NCBI GenBank assembly: GCA_977017575.1
Contig: CDRNVI010000080.1
Coordinates: forward strand, 62,001 to 126,000
From: Paramoeba atlantica
Taxonomy: Eukaryota; Protista; Discosea
Direction: 5' to 3'
Length of the DNA: 64,000 bases
In this document: positions 1 through 12,118 of the stretch, in pieces
Position numbering within the stretch: position 1 is the first letter of the stretch
How the letters are laid out: every line of letters begins with the position of its first letter
The notes under the pieces: generated by a model
The model's input: only the letters and a program-made list of their open reading frames with translations
What the model was told of the DNA's origin: nothing
Database searches by the model: none
Translations under genes and position numbers: made by a program

Positions 1-3000
1 TTGCGTTGCGCGATCCGAGACAACGCACACGCGAATCGCCGCGATTGAAGTCATGAAGTCACAAAACTTTGATATGCCTTCTTCTGAAAACCGAAAGCTG
101 AGACCACGCGCAGCACGTAGCGGTGCGCCAAAGTGGATTTATGCACTCGTGAGTGTGCGCTCCGAGTGTTGATGGATTTGCGTTGCGCGATCCGAGACAA
201 CGCACACGCGAATCGCCGCGATTGAAGTCGTGAAGTCACAAAACTTTGATATGCCTTTTTCTGAGAACCGAAAGCTGAGACCACGCGCAGCACGCAGCGG
301 TGCGCCAAAGTGGATTTATGCACTCGTGATTGCGCGCTCCGAATGTTGATGGATTTGCGTTGCGCGATCCGAGGCACCGCACACGCAAATCGCCGCGATT
401 GAAGTCATGAAGTCGCAAAACTTTGATATGCCTTTTTCTGAGAACCGAAAGCTGAGACCACGCGCAGCACGCAGCGGTGCGCCAAATAAGATTTATGCAC
501 TCGTGAGTGCGCGCTCGGAATGTTGATGGATTTGCGTTGCGCGATCCGAGACAACGCACTCGCGAATCGCCGCGATTGAAGTCGTGAAGTCACAAAATTT
601 TGATATGCCTTTTTCTGAGAACCGAAAGCTGAGACCACGCGCAGCACGCAGCGGTGCGCCAAAGTGGATTTATGCACTATTGAGTGCGCGCTCCGAATGT
701 TGATGGATTTGCGTTGCGCGATCCGAGGCACCGCACACGCAAATCGCCGCGATTGAAGTCATGAAGTCGCAAAACTTTGATATGCCTTTTTCTGAGAACC
801 GAAAGCTGAGACCACGCGCAGCACGCAGCGGTGCGCCAAATAAGATTTATGCACTCGTGAGTGCGCGCTCGGAATGTTGATGGATTTGCGTTGCGCGATC
901 CGAGACAACGCACTCGCGAATCGCCGCGATTGAAGTCGTGAAGTCACAAAATTTTGATATGCCTTTTTCTGAAAACCGAAAGCTGAGACCACGCGAAGCA
1001 CGTAGCGGTGCGCCAAATAAGATTTATGCACTCGTGATTGCGCGCTCCGAATGTTGATGGATTTGCGTTGCGCGATCCGAGACAACGCACACGCGAATCG
1101 CCGCGATTGAAGTCATGAAGTCGCAAAACTTTGATATGCCTTTTTCTGAGAACCGAAAGCTGAGACCACGCGCAGCACGCAGCGGTGCGCCAAATAAGAT
1201 TTATGCACTCGTGAGTGCGCGCTCGGAATGTTGATGGATTTGCGTTGCGCGATCCGAGACAACGCACACGCGAATCGCCGCGATTGAAGTCATGAAGTCG
1301 CAAAACTTTGATATGCCTTTTTCTGAGAACCGAAAGCTGAGACCACGCGCAGCACGCAGCGGTCCGCCAAAGTGGATTTATGCACTCGTGAGTGTGCGCT
1401 CCGAATGTTGATGGATTTGCGTTGCGCGATCCGAGGCACCGCACACGCGAATCGCCGCGATTGAAGTCGTGAAGTCACAAAACTTTGATATGCCTTCTTC
1501 TGAAAACCGAAAGCTGAGACCACGCGCAGCACGTAGCGGTGCGCCAAAGTGGATTTATGCACTCGTGAGTGTGCGCTCCGAGTGTTGATGGATTTGCGTT
1601 GCGCGATCCGAGACAACGCACACGCGAATCGCCGCGATTGAAGTCGTGAAGTCACAAAACTTTGATATGCCTTTTTCTGAGAACCGAAAGCTGAGACCAC
1701 GCGCAGCACGCAGCGGTGCGCCAAAGTGGATTTATGCACTATTGAGTGCGCGCTCCGAATGTTGATGGATTTGCGTTGCGCGATCCGAGGCACCGCACAC
1801 GCAAATCGCCGCGATTGAAGTCATGAAGTCGCAAAACTTTGATATGCCTTTTTCTGAGAACCGAAAGCTGAGACCACGCGCAGCACGCAGCGGTGCGCCA
1901 AATAAGATTTATGCACTCGTGAGTGCGCGCTCGGAATGTTGATGGATTTGCGTTGCGCGATCCGAGACAACGCACTCGCAAATCGCCGCGATTGAAGTCG
2001 TGAAGTCGCAAAACTTTGATATGCCTTTTTCTGAGAACCGAAAGCTGAGACCACGCGCAGCACGCAGCGGTCCGCCAAAGTGGATTTATGCACTCGTGAT
2101 TGAGCGCTCCGAATGTTTATGGATTTGCGTTGCGCGATCCGAGGCACCGCACACGCAAATCGCCTCGATTGAAGTCGTGAAGTCACAAAACTTTGATATG
2201 CCTTTTTCTGAAAACCAAAAACTGAGACCACGCGCAGCAGCAGCGGTGCGCCAAAGTGGATTTATGCACTCGTGATTGCGCGCTCCGAATGTTGATGGAT
2301 TTGCGTTGCGCGATCCGAGGCACCGCACACGCAAATCGCCTCGATTGAAGTCATGAAGTCGCAAAACTTTGATATGCCTTTTTCTGAAAACCAAAAACTG
2401 AGACCACGCGCAGCAGCAGCGGTGCGCCAAAGTGGATTTATGCACTCGTGATTGCGCGCTCCGAATGTTGATGGATTTGCGTTGCGCGATCCGAGACAAC
2501 GCACACGCGAATCGCCGCGATTGAAGTCATGAAGTCACAAAACTTTGATATGCCTTCTTCTGAAAACCGAAAGCTGAGACCACGCGCAGCACGTAGCGGT
2601 GCGCCAAAGTGGATTTATGCACTCGTGAGTGTGCGCTCCGAGTGTTGATGGATTTGCGTTGCGCGATCCGAGACAACGCACACGCGAATCGCCGCGATTG
2701 AAGTCGTGAAGTCACAAAACTTTGATATGCCTTTTTCTGAGAACCGAAAGCTGAGACCACGCGCAGCACGCAGCGGTGCGCCAAAGTGGATTTATGCACT
2801 ATTGAGTGCGCGCTCCGAATGTTGATGGATTTGCGTTGCGCGATCCGAGGCACCGCACACGCAAATCGCCGCGATTGAAGTCATGAAGTCGCAAAACTTT
2901 GATATGCCTTTTTCTGAGAACCGAAAGCTGAGACCACGCGCAGCACGCAGCGGTGCGCCAAATAAGATTTATGCACTCGTGAGTGCGCGCTCGGAATGTT

Positions 3001-6000
3001 GATGGATTTGCGTTGCGCGATCCGAGACAACGCACTCGCGAATCGCCGCGATTGAAGTCGTGAAGTCACAAAATTTTGATATGCCTTTTTCTGAGAACCG
3101 AAAGCTGAGACCACGCGCAGCACGCAGCGGTGCGCCAAAGTGGATTTATGCACTATTGAGTGCGCGCTCCGAATGTTGATGGATTTGCGTTGCGCGATCC
3201 GAGGCACCGCACACGCAAATCGCCGCGATTGAAGTCATGAAGTCGCAAAACTTTGATATGCCTTTTTCTGAGAACCGAAAGCTGAGACCACGCGCAGCAC
3301 GCAGCGGTGCGCCAAATAAGATTTATGCACTCGTGAGTGCGCGCTCGGAATGTTGATGGATTTGCGTTGCGCGATCCGAGACAACGCACTCGCGAATCGC
3401 CGCGATTGAAGTCGTGAAGTCACAAAATTTTGATATGCCTTTTTCTGAAAACCGAAAGCTGAGACCACGCGAAGCACGTAGCGGTGCGCCAAATAAGATT
3501 TATGCACTCGTGATTGCGCGCTCCGAATGTTGATGGATTTGCGTTGCGCGATCCGAGACAACGCACACGCGAATCGCCGCGATTGAAGTCATGAAGTCGC
3601 AAAACTTTGATATGCCTTTTTCTGAGAACCGAAAGCTGAGACCACGCGCAGCACGCAGCGGTGCGCCAAATAAGATTTATGCACTCGTGAGTGCGCGCTC
3701 GGAATGTTGATGGATTTGCGTTGCGCGATCCGAGACAACGCACACGCGAATCGCCGCGATTGAAGTCATGAAGTCGCAAAACTTTGATATGCCTTTTTCT
3801 GAGAACCGAAAGCTGAGACCACGCGCAGCACGCAGCGGTCCGCCAAAGTGGATTTATGCACTCGTGAGTGTGCGCTCCGAATGTTGATGGATTTGCGTTG
3901 CGCGATCCGAGGCACCGCACACGCGAATCGCCGCGATTGAAGTCGTGAAGTCACAAAACTTTGATATGCCTTCTTCTGAAAACCGAAAGCTGAGACCACG
4001 CGCAGCACGTAGCGGTGCGCCAAAGTGGATTTATGCACTCGTGAGTGTGCGCTCCGAGTGTTGATGGATTTGCGTTGCGCGATCCGAGACAACGCACACG
4101 CGAATCGCCGCGATTGAAGTCGTGAAGTCACAAAACTTTGATATGCCTTTTTCTGAGAACCGAAAGCTGAGACCACGCGCAGCACGCAGCGGTGCGCCAA
4201 AGTGGATTTATGCACTATTGAGTGCGCGCTCCGAATGTTGATGGATTTGCGTTGCGCGATCCGAGGCACCGCACACGCAAATCGCCGCGATTGAAGTCAT
4301 GAAGTCGCAAAACTTTGATATGCCTTTTTCTGAGAACCGAAAGCTGAGACCACGCGCAGCACGCAGCGGTGCGCCAAATAAGATTTATGCACTCGTGAGT
4401 GCGCGCTCGGAATGTTGATGGATTTGCGTTGCGCGATCCGAGACAACGCACTCGCAAATCGCCGCGATTGAAGTCGTGAAGTCACAAAATTTTGATATGC
4501 CTTTTTCTGAGAACCGAAAGCTGAGACCACGCGCAGCACGCAGCGGTCCGCCAAAGTGGATTTATGCACTCGTGATTGAGCGCTCCGAATGTTTATGGAT
4601 TTGCGTTGCGCGATCCGAGGCACCGCACACGCGAATCGCCGCGATTGAAGTCGTGAAGTCACAAAACTTTGATATGCCTTTTTCTGAAAACCGAAAGCTG
4701 AGACCACGCGAAGCACGTAGCGGTGCGCCAAATAAGATTTATGCACTCGTGATTGAGCGCTCCGAATGTTTATGGATTTGCGTTGCGCGATCCGAGGCAC
4801 CGCACACGCAAATCGCCTCGATTGAAGTCGTGAAGTCACAAAACTTTGATATGCCTTTTTCTGAAAACCAAAAACTGAGACCACGCGCAGCAGCAGCGGT
4901 GCGCCAAAGTGGATTTATGCACTCGTGATTGCGCGCTCCGAATGTTGATGGATTTGCGTTGCGCGATCCGAGACAACGCACACGCGAATCGCCGCGATTG
5001 AAGTCGTGAAGTCACAAAACTTTGATATGCCTTTTTCTGAAAACCAAAAACTGAGACCACGCGCAGCAGCAGCGGTGCGCCAAAGTGGATTTATGCACTC
5101 GTGATTGAGCGCTCCGAATGTTTATGGATTTGCGTTGCGCGATCCGAGGCACCGCACACGCGAATCGCCGCGATTGAAGTCGTGAAGTCACAAAACTTTG
5201 ATATGCCTTTTTCTGAAAACCGAAAGCTGAGACCACGCGAAGCACGTAGCGGTGCGCCAAATAAGATTTATGCACTCGTGATTGAGCGCTCCGAATGTTT
5301 ATGGATTTGCGTTGCGCGATCCGAGGCACCGCACACGCGAATCGCCGCGATTGAAGTCGTGAAGTCACAAAACTTTGATATGCCTTTTTCTGAAAACCAA
5401 AAACTGAGACCACGCGCAGCAGCAGCGGTGCGCCAAAGTGGATTTATGCACTCGTGATTGCGCGCTCCGAATGTTGATGGATTTGCGTTGCGCGATCCGA
5501 GACAACGCACACGCGAATCGCCGCGATTGAAGTCATGAAGTCGCAAAACTTTGATATGCCTTTTTCTGAGAACCGAAAGCTGAGACCACGCGCAGCACGC
5601 AGCGGTGCGCCAAATAAGATTTATGCACTCGTGAGTGCGCGCTCGGAATGTTGATGGATTTGCGTTGCGCGATCCGAGGCACCGCACACGCAAATCGCCG
5701 CGATTGAAGTCGTGAAGTCACAAAACTTTGATATGCCTTTTTCTGAAAACCGAAAGCTGAGACCACGCGCAGCACGCAGCGGTGCGCCAAATAAGATTTA
5801 TGCACTCGTGAGTGCGCGCTCCGAATGTTGATGGATTTGCGTTGCGCGATCCGAGGCACCGCACACGCAAATCGCCTCGATTGAAGTCGTGAAGTCACAA
5901 AACTTTGATATGCCTTTTTCTGAAAACCAAAAACTGAGACCACGCGCAGCAGCAGCGGTGCGCCAAAGTGGATTTATGCACTCGTGATTGCGCGCTCCGA

Positions 6001-7156
6001 ATGTTGATGGATTTGCGTTGCGCGATCCGAGACAACGCACACGCGAATCGCCGCGATTGAAGTCGTGAAGTCACAAAACTTTGATATGCCTTCTTCTGAA
6101 AACCGAAAGCTGAGACCACGCGCAGCACGCAGCGGTGCGCCAAAGTGGATTTATGCACTCTTGAGTGTGCGCTGCGAATGTTGATGGATTTGCGTTGCGC
6201 GATCCGAGACAACGCACTCGCAAATCGCCGCGATTGAAGTCGTGAAGTCACAAAATTTTGATATGCCTTTTTCTGAGAACCGAAAGCTGAGACCACGCGC
6301 AGCACGCAGCGGTGCGCCAAATAAGATTTATGCACTCGTGATTGAGCGCTCCGAATGTTGATGGATTTGCGTTGCGCGATCCGAGGCACCGCACACGCAA
6401 ATCGCCGCGATTGAAGTCGTGAAGTCACAAAATTTTGATATGCCTTTTTCTGAGAACCGAAAGCTGAGACCACGCGCAGCAGCAGCGGTGCGCCAAAGTG
6501 GATTTATGCACTATTGAGTGCGCGCTCCGAATGTTGATGGATTTGCGTTTCGCGATCCGAGGCACCGCACACGCAAATAGCCGCGATTGAAGTCGTGAAG
6601 TCACAAAACTTTGATATGCCTTTTTCTGAAAACCGAAAGCTGAGACCACGCGCAGCACGCAGCGGTGCGCCAAAGTGGATTTATGCACTCTTGAGTGTGC
6701 GCTGCGAATGTTGATGGATTTGCGTTGCGCGATCCGAGACAACGCACTCGCAAATCGCCGCGATTGAAGTCGTGAAGTCACAAAATTTTGATATGCCTTT
6801 TTCTGAGAACCGAAAGCTGAGACCACGCGCAGCACGCAGCGGTGCGCCAAATAAGATTTATGCACTCGTGATTGAGCGCTCCGAATGTTTATGGATTTGC
6901 GTTGCGCGATCCGAGGCACCGCACACGCAAATCGCCTCGATTGAAGTCATGAAGTCGCAAAACTTTGATATGCCTTTTTCTGAGAACCGAAAGCTGAGAC
7001 CACGCGCAGCACGCAGCGGTGCGCCAAATAAGATTTATGCACTCGTGAGTGCGCGCTCCGAATGTTGATGGATTTGCGTTGCGCGATCCGAGGCACCGCG
7101 CACGCAAATCGCCGCGATTGAAGTCGTGATGTCAGAGAACTTTGATATGCCTTTTT
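1..7156. repeat. 177-bp tandem satellite (~40 units; some 176-bp units), begins before the window
   Basis: TTGCGTTGCGCGATCCGAG recurs at 1, 178, 355 etc.; diagnostic variant sites (GGCACCG/GACAACG, AAGTGGA/AATAAGA); array stops at GATATGCCTTTTT 7156. Confidence 0.98.
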
Positions 7157-7160
7157 GTGA

Positions 7161-7750
7161 GACCCCACCTGGACCGGGCCCTGAACCGCGCCCTACCCCC
7201 CCCCCCTCCCTGAACCTCCGACATTTACCCCCCACCCTGGACACGCTCTGTACTCCCCCTTCGACCTCCCCCCTTGGACTCCCCCCTGGACCTCCCCCGC
7301 TGGATATCCCCGTGGATTCCCCGCTGTCTCCCCCTCTGGACTCCCCCCTGGACCGCACTTTGGACCGCACCCTGCCCTCCCCCATGACCCCCCCCCCTTG
7401 ACCCCCCCTCGACCCCCCACCTGGACGCTACCGTGGACCCCCCTGGATACACACCCCTGAACCTCGCCCTGGACACCCCAAGGACCCCACCCATGGAGAC
7501 ACACCCTGGACCCCACCCATGGACACCCCCCTGCACTCCCCCATGGAGACACCCCCTGGACTCCCCCTGGACCCCCCCCCATGGAACCCCCCCTGGACAC
7601 CCCCCCCCCTGGAGAGACCTCCTGGACTCCCCCCGGACCGCACCCTAGACCCCCCCCCCTGGACCCCCCCTGAACCTCCCACCTGGAGACACCCCCTGGA
7701 CACCCCCCCCTGGACCCTCCCCCTGGACACACTCCCCGGACACACTCCAC
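7161..7750. repeat. C-rich degenerate minisatellite (CCCCTGGAC-like units; G-tract-rich on - strand)
   Basis: Dozens of CCCC(C)TGGA(C) units with GGACCGCACCCT and GGAGACACCCC variants. Confidence 0.95.
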
Positions 7751-9010
7751 CTGGATCTCGAGAAGGCTTATGATACCTTACCACGAGAGGCAGTCTGGGC
7801 CACCCTTCAGAGTTTGAAAATTGAAGGACCATTATTGGAACTAATTCGCGCACTATATAACACAACAACTGCAAGCGTCATGTTAAACGACGGCACGAAG
7901 AGTGAAAGCTTCGAAATACCTGGCGGCTTAAAACAAGGCTGTCCAATGAGCTGCCTGCTATTCAATGCAACATTTGATGCTGTACTCCGGAAAGCACTAC
8001 AGATTAAAACTGCAGGCATCCGTGTCGAATGGAGGATCCCAAAAGGAAGAGCTCAACGAGGCGATAAAGTAACCGGTACAGATGTTTTCGGACTCATAGC
8101 GTATGCGGATGACCTTGTTCTTTGGTCGGACGAACAAACGGAACTGCAAAATACCTTAAACGCAGTAGTAGGGGTTATGAACCGATGGGGAATAAGGATA
8201 AACACAAGGAAAACTAAAACACAGGTAATTCAACCTTGCAAAGCAGAAAAGTATTACACATCCGAGATAAAAGCACAAGAAGAAACTATTGAACAAGTAC
8301 GAAACTTCTCATACCTTGGAACAGTCATCAGTGAAGATGCTTCATTGGAAGAAGAAATAGAAAACAGAGTAAGAAGAGCTTGCGCAGGTATGAGAAAATT
8401 TAGAGACTTGTGGAAAGACAAGGCTATCACAAGGAAAACGAAAAGACTCATCCTGGAAGTCTGTATAGTACCAATTCTACTATATGCGAGCTCAACGTGG
8501 GCGCTTACACCAACCCAGCATCTGAAACTCAACCGCGCCTACATAAGATACATCAAAACATCTTTCGGCATACCATGGGTCAAGAACGACAATAGCGCCT
8601 ACAATGATAAACAGCACCAAGAATCTGCGAAGGATGCAATAAGATATACCTCCCAGAAGGAATGCCTATCGATCGCAGGAATGGACCCACTCCAGCCACA
8701 AATAGATGCCCGAAGTTTACTGTTTGCTGGACACGTCGCAAGAATGGGTCCAGATAGATTCCCGAACAGAGTGTTATTCGGCAAATATCGATCAACTCAA
8801 AATAGAGGAAATACATATAAACGAAGCCTGCCATGCTATAGTAGAAGCCTTGTAGCTGCACTGGAAAGAGTTGGAATAACAACAGATTGCTCATGGAAAC
8901 TGAAAGCCCAGAATAAAAAAAGTTGGATAAAGATAATAGATGAATATAGAAAGAGCACGAAAACCCAAACGTTAAACAAAGGTAATAAAAAACCATTCTC
9001 AAGGAACTAA
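7751..9010 (+). CDS. Reverse transcriptase C-terminal half (LINE, truncated)
   Basis: DLEKAYD, GLKQGCPMSCLLFN, YADD, FSYLGTVI, thumb region LLFAGHVARM. Confidence 0.9.
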   Translation: MDLEKAYDTLPREAVWATLQSLKIEGPLLELIRALYNTTTASVMLNDGTKSESFEIPGGLKQGCPMSCLLFNATFDAVLRKALQIKTAGIRVEWRIPKGRAQRGDKVTGTDVFGLIAYADDLVLWSDEQTELQNTLNAVVGVMNRWGIRINTRKTKTQVIQPCKAEKYYTSEIKAQEETIEQVRNFSYLGTVISEDASLEEEIENRVRRACAGMRKFRDLWKDKAITRKTKRLILEVCIVPILLYASSTWALTPTQHLKLNRAYIRYIKTSFGIPWVKNDNSAYNDKQHQESAKDAIRYTSQKECLSIAGMDPLQPQIDARSLLFAGHVARMGPDRFPNRVLFGKYRSTQNRGNTYKRSLPCYSRSLVAALERVGITTDCSWKLKAQNKKSWIKIIDEYRKSTKTQTLNKGNKKPFSRN

Positions 9011-9565
9011 AACTGTGTGAACGCTAGACCCTGTAATGGATAGGCCTGAAATGCACCCTGAAGATGAGCCCCTAAGGGGAACTTCATACCGCTTTTCGGG
9101 TTTGGGTACCGCTCATCTGCGGCTTGCAACTGACCCATTAAAACGGGGTTAGGGTCAGAATTCGGAGAGATAGGAGCTCTTTGAAGCCGAAGTTTAGCCC
9201 GTTGAAGCTGAGGAGCCAAGGCCACTCGGGGGTATAACACCCTAGAAGACTTGGTCCATTGAAGCTGAGGAGTCTAAACTGTTGAAGCTGAGACTCAACG
9301 CTCCCGAACTATGCCAGCAAGCAGTAGTGGGCGGCTACTCCGGAGGAGGCCACTCTCGGTCCTGCGGAACATACTTATGTAGTCCTTGGATTTGCATGCT
9401 GTCCTTGGATTTGAATGTCTCAACCTGAAAGGGTTAAGATAGTTCAGCGGACAAGGTGGATGAAAATCCACCTTTGAGTGATAGCCTCCCTCAAAGCTAC
9501 CTCGGCTTACTCCGGGGAGGCAACATCCCCAATGGGATAGAAAGCCTAACAACATTCAACATTCA
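7751..9565 (+). mobile_element. 5'-truncated non-LTR retrotransposon, RTE-like
   Basis: Starts mid-RT at LDLEKAYD; ~550-bp 3' region ending in AACATTCAACATTCAAC; flanked by ~288-bp direct repeat (7449-7738 / 9566-9852). Confidence 0.85.
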
Positions 9566-9852
9566 ACACACCCCTGAACCTCGCCCTGGACACCCCAAGG
9601 ACCCCACCCATGGAGACACACCCTGGACCCCACCCATGGACACCCCCCTGCACTCCCCCATGGAGACACCCCCTGGACTCCCCCTGGACCCCCCCCATGG
9701 AACCCCCCCTGGACACCCCCCCCCTGGAGAGACCTCCTGGACTCCCCCCGGACCGCACCCTAGACCCCCCCCCTGGACCCCCCCTGAACCTCCCACCTGG
9801 AGACACCCCCTGGACACCCCCCCCTGGACCCTCCCCCTGGACACACTCCCCG
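9566..9852. repeat. Second copy of C-rich segment 7449-7738
   Basis: Near-identical, differing mainly in C-run lengths. Confidence 0.9.
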
Positions 9853-10117
9853 TGTGGGATGCTAATCCCCAAGTGGGACGTACGAAAACATGTAGTCCTT
9901 TTTCAGCCCATGATGAAAATTTTAGAAAATGCCCGTATTATTTTATTTATAACATTTATTTATAATATTTAGTATTGCAGGAACTCTTTGAGTAATACAT
10001 GTAAAAATGTGAAATCGTTTTAATGCACCGTATTCATACATGTATGGAAGTAAACGATGGATAATTATGTGTAACTCATTGTAATCCTAGCCGTATTTTC
10101 AAAGCAAAAAACGCACA

Positions 10118-10873
10118 ATGAATGACCTCCCCCCACTATCTGACTCTCGCATTGGACGGTTTGTGGCCGAGAGTCAGGTTGGCGACACTATCGCGGTTTT
10201 ATGGTCCTCAGACAAAGTGCCACGCGGAGAAATGTGGAAGGGAGTGGTGAAGAAGATTGGCGAAGAGAAAACAACTATGTTGGTGGACTATGCGAAATTT
10301 GGCGAGCTTACGTTTCCTCCGACGAATGCTCGATTACATGGGGTGGAGAAACTCGCCACTGACCCTTACTCCGCTGCGATGGAGCGTGTTGAAGGCCGAG
10401 AGACTGGAACGTTCGAACCGCTTGAATTATCTACGTACGCGATGTTCATCGAGGCACCCTCGGAGACGCGAGATCGTAGTTTTGTGGAATTGGACGCTCA
10501 TTTGCGTCGCTACTTTGGTATTGGAGCTGCCGAACGCAATGCCCCACGCTATCACCAAGACGAGCATCGGAAGAACGATTTGTTGCTAGCATTTTTGGCT
10601 TGGGTGCGAAACTCAATGAAAATGGGACTTGTATGGAAATCAGACGGGAACATGGCGGTCGGGGACAACATATTGGCGGCGTTGGTTGCTTACAAAGTTC
10701 GCGTTCAACATGGGGACTGCCGCGTCTTCGCACAGGCTCTTGAAGAAGCAAAAACGACCGGGGGACTGCGGGGAAAAATTCTACCTGCAATGATCAAAGC
10801 CATGGATACAAAAAACGACCGAACAGGGCGAAACGCGGGCCCGATGACAAAACCGCAAGGGAAAAAATTCTGA
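10118..10873 (+). CDS. ORF1 (gag-like) of YR element 1
   Basis: 251-aa ATG ORF upstream of YR; no CCHC knuckle seen; positional inference. Confidence 0.65.
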   Translation: MNDLPPLSDSRIGRFVAESQVGDTIAVLWSSDKVPRGEMWKGVVKKIGEEKTTMLVDYAKFGELTFPPTNARLHGVEKLATDPYSAAMERVEGRETGTFEPLELSTYAMFIEAPSETRDRSFVELDAHLRRYFGIGAAERNAPRYHQDEHRKNDLLLAFLAWVRNSMKMGLVWKSDGNMAVGDNILAALVAYKVRVQHGDCRVFAQALEEAKTTGGLRGKILPAMIKAMDTKNDRTGRNAGPMTKPQGKKF

Positions 10874-10969
10874 CTCGAAGAATTCAACAGAAATTTAGTC
10901 CAAGAAACAATAGATTATATAAGGGGCAATATAATAGAACTATCAACATTAGGGGCAATAATCTTTACA

Positions 10970-12118
10970 GTGAAGAATATTCTGGAAATATATTTATTAA
11001 GGGGCATAAAAAATCAATTTCAAGAAGAGGGAAACGAAACATACGGAAATCAAACGGAAACCACAACCGGCGCCGGCACTACCAGTCATGTCCGAAGTAC
11101 TCAGTACAAGCAACCTTCCACGAGCAACAGGGCTGTTACAGGGATAGTAACAAGATCAAGAGCAAAGAACTTACTGGAGATCGAAGACCTCTTCCTCGAC
11201 CGCGTGGAAGGCAACAGAGAAACAAGAGCCGCGCTTCCTACAGTCGACGTTCAACAAATGATCGTTCTAGGCCAGGATCGTCTATTAGAAGAGAAATCCA
11301 ACTCGCGCTGGAATCACCTTTCCAGCGTGTACAAACAGTATACAGTTTGGAAGGAAAATCTCGGAAACGACGTTCCAAGCGAAGATTGGTGCATAATATG
11401 CTTCTTGGAGTCGAAAATGAGACTAATCAATCCGCAAACTCAACGGGGTACCATCAGCATCCAAACCGCACATACATATGCAAAGAGTCTGATACAAATC
11501 ATATTCCGATCTGGGGGTCAATTGCAAAAGTCGACAGTAACAGCCTATATGCGATCCCTTCAGCGTCAAGGGGCTCAAATACCGGAGCATCAGGCGCCCC
11601 CGGCTACACGCGAACAAGTATTGGAGGCGAGCGAATGGCTGCTTCCGGACGAAGCCGCGGGCCTGACCTTGGCGTGGAAGACATGCAGCAGAATAGACGA
11701 TGTCAAACATCTGAGGAAATTAGATTTACAAGTGGTAGATCTCGAGCGGAGAATACTGGGAGTAACGTTTCCGACTCACAAAGGGGATCCCTTCAGAGTA
11801 GGGACTGCTATTCCAATGACTTGCAACTTGACGGAGTGGAAAATCTTCATGGACCAATTGGACAAGCTGAAGCCAGAAGACAAGTTCACGACTTTATCGA
11901 CGCTGAGAGCCAATGCCGTGCTGAAGCGGGTGAAAGCAGAGTTGTCGGCACATTCTGTAAAAAGAGGGGCTCTAGTATCACTCCTCAGAGAGGGAGTTCC
12001 ACTGTCGGTAATACAGCTGTTGGCCAAGCACAAAGATCTGGAGACATTGTGGATATATCTCCCTCGACTGGAAGTGGCCTTGTCCCTAGGGCTACAGGAC
12101 GCGACAAAATTACTGTGA
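10970..12118 (+). CDS. Tyrosine recombinase of element 1
   Basis: WKTCSRIDDV (R), HSVKRGA (HxxR), AKHKDLETLWIY (H..Y); true start uncertain. Confidence 0.9.
   Translation: MKNILEIYLLRGIKNQFQEEGNETYGNQTETTTGAGTTSHVRSTQYKQPSTSNRAVTGIVTRSRAKNLLEIEDLFLDRVEGNRETRAALPTVDVQQMIVLGQDRLLEEKSNSRWNHLSSVYKQYTVWKENLGNDVPSEDWCIICFLESKMRLINPQTQRGTISIQTAHTYAKSLIQIIFRSGGQLQKSTVTAYMRSLQRQGAQIPEHQAPPATREQVLEASEWLLPDEAAGLTLAWKTCSRIDDVKHLRKLDLQVVDLERRILGVTFPTHKGDPFRVGTAIPMTCNLTEWKIFMDQLDKLKPEDKFTTLSTLRANAVLKRVKAELSAHSVKRGALVSLLREGVPLSVIQLLAKHKDLETLWIYLPRLEVALSLGLQDATKLL

Noticed and set aside
1-7156. CRISPR array or homology to the T. brucei 177-bp repeat
   Set aside because: No unique spacers; equal length alone is not homology, and this unit is GC-balanced whereas the T. 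brucei repeat is AT-rich.
1-7168. Many 70-195 aa ORFs in the satellite
   Set aside because: Produced by a 177-bp (59-codon) unit with few stops; broken by 176-bp units; no domain content.
7161-7750. Telomeric repeat tract
   Set aside because: No TTAGGG/CCCTAA arrays; units are heterogeneous and internal.
9040-9100. Hammerhead ribozyme (CTGAAGA, GAAA) in LINE 3' UTR
   Set aside because: Core motifs are not in a spacing that allows stems I-III.
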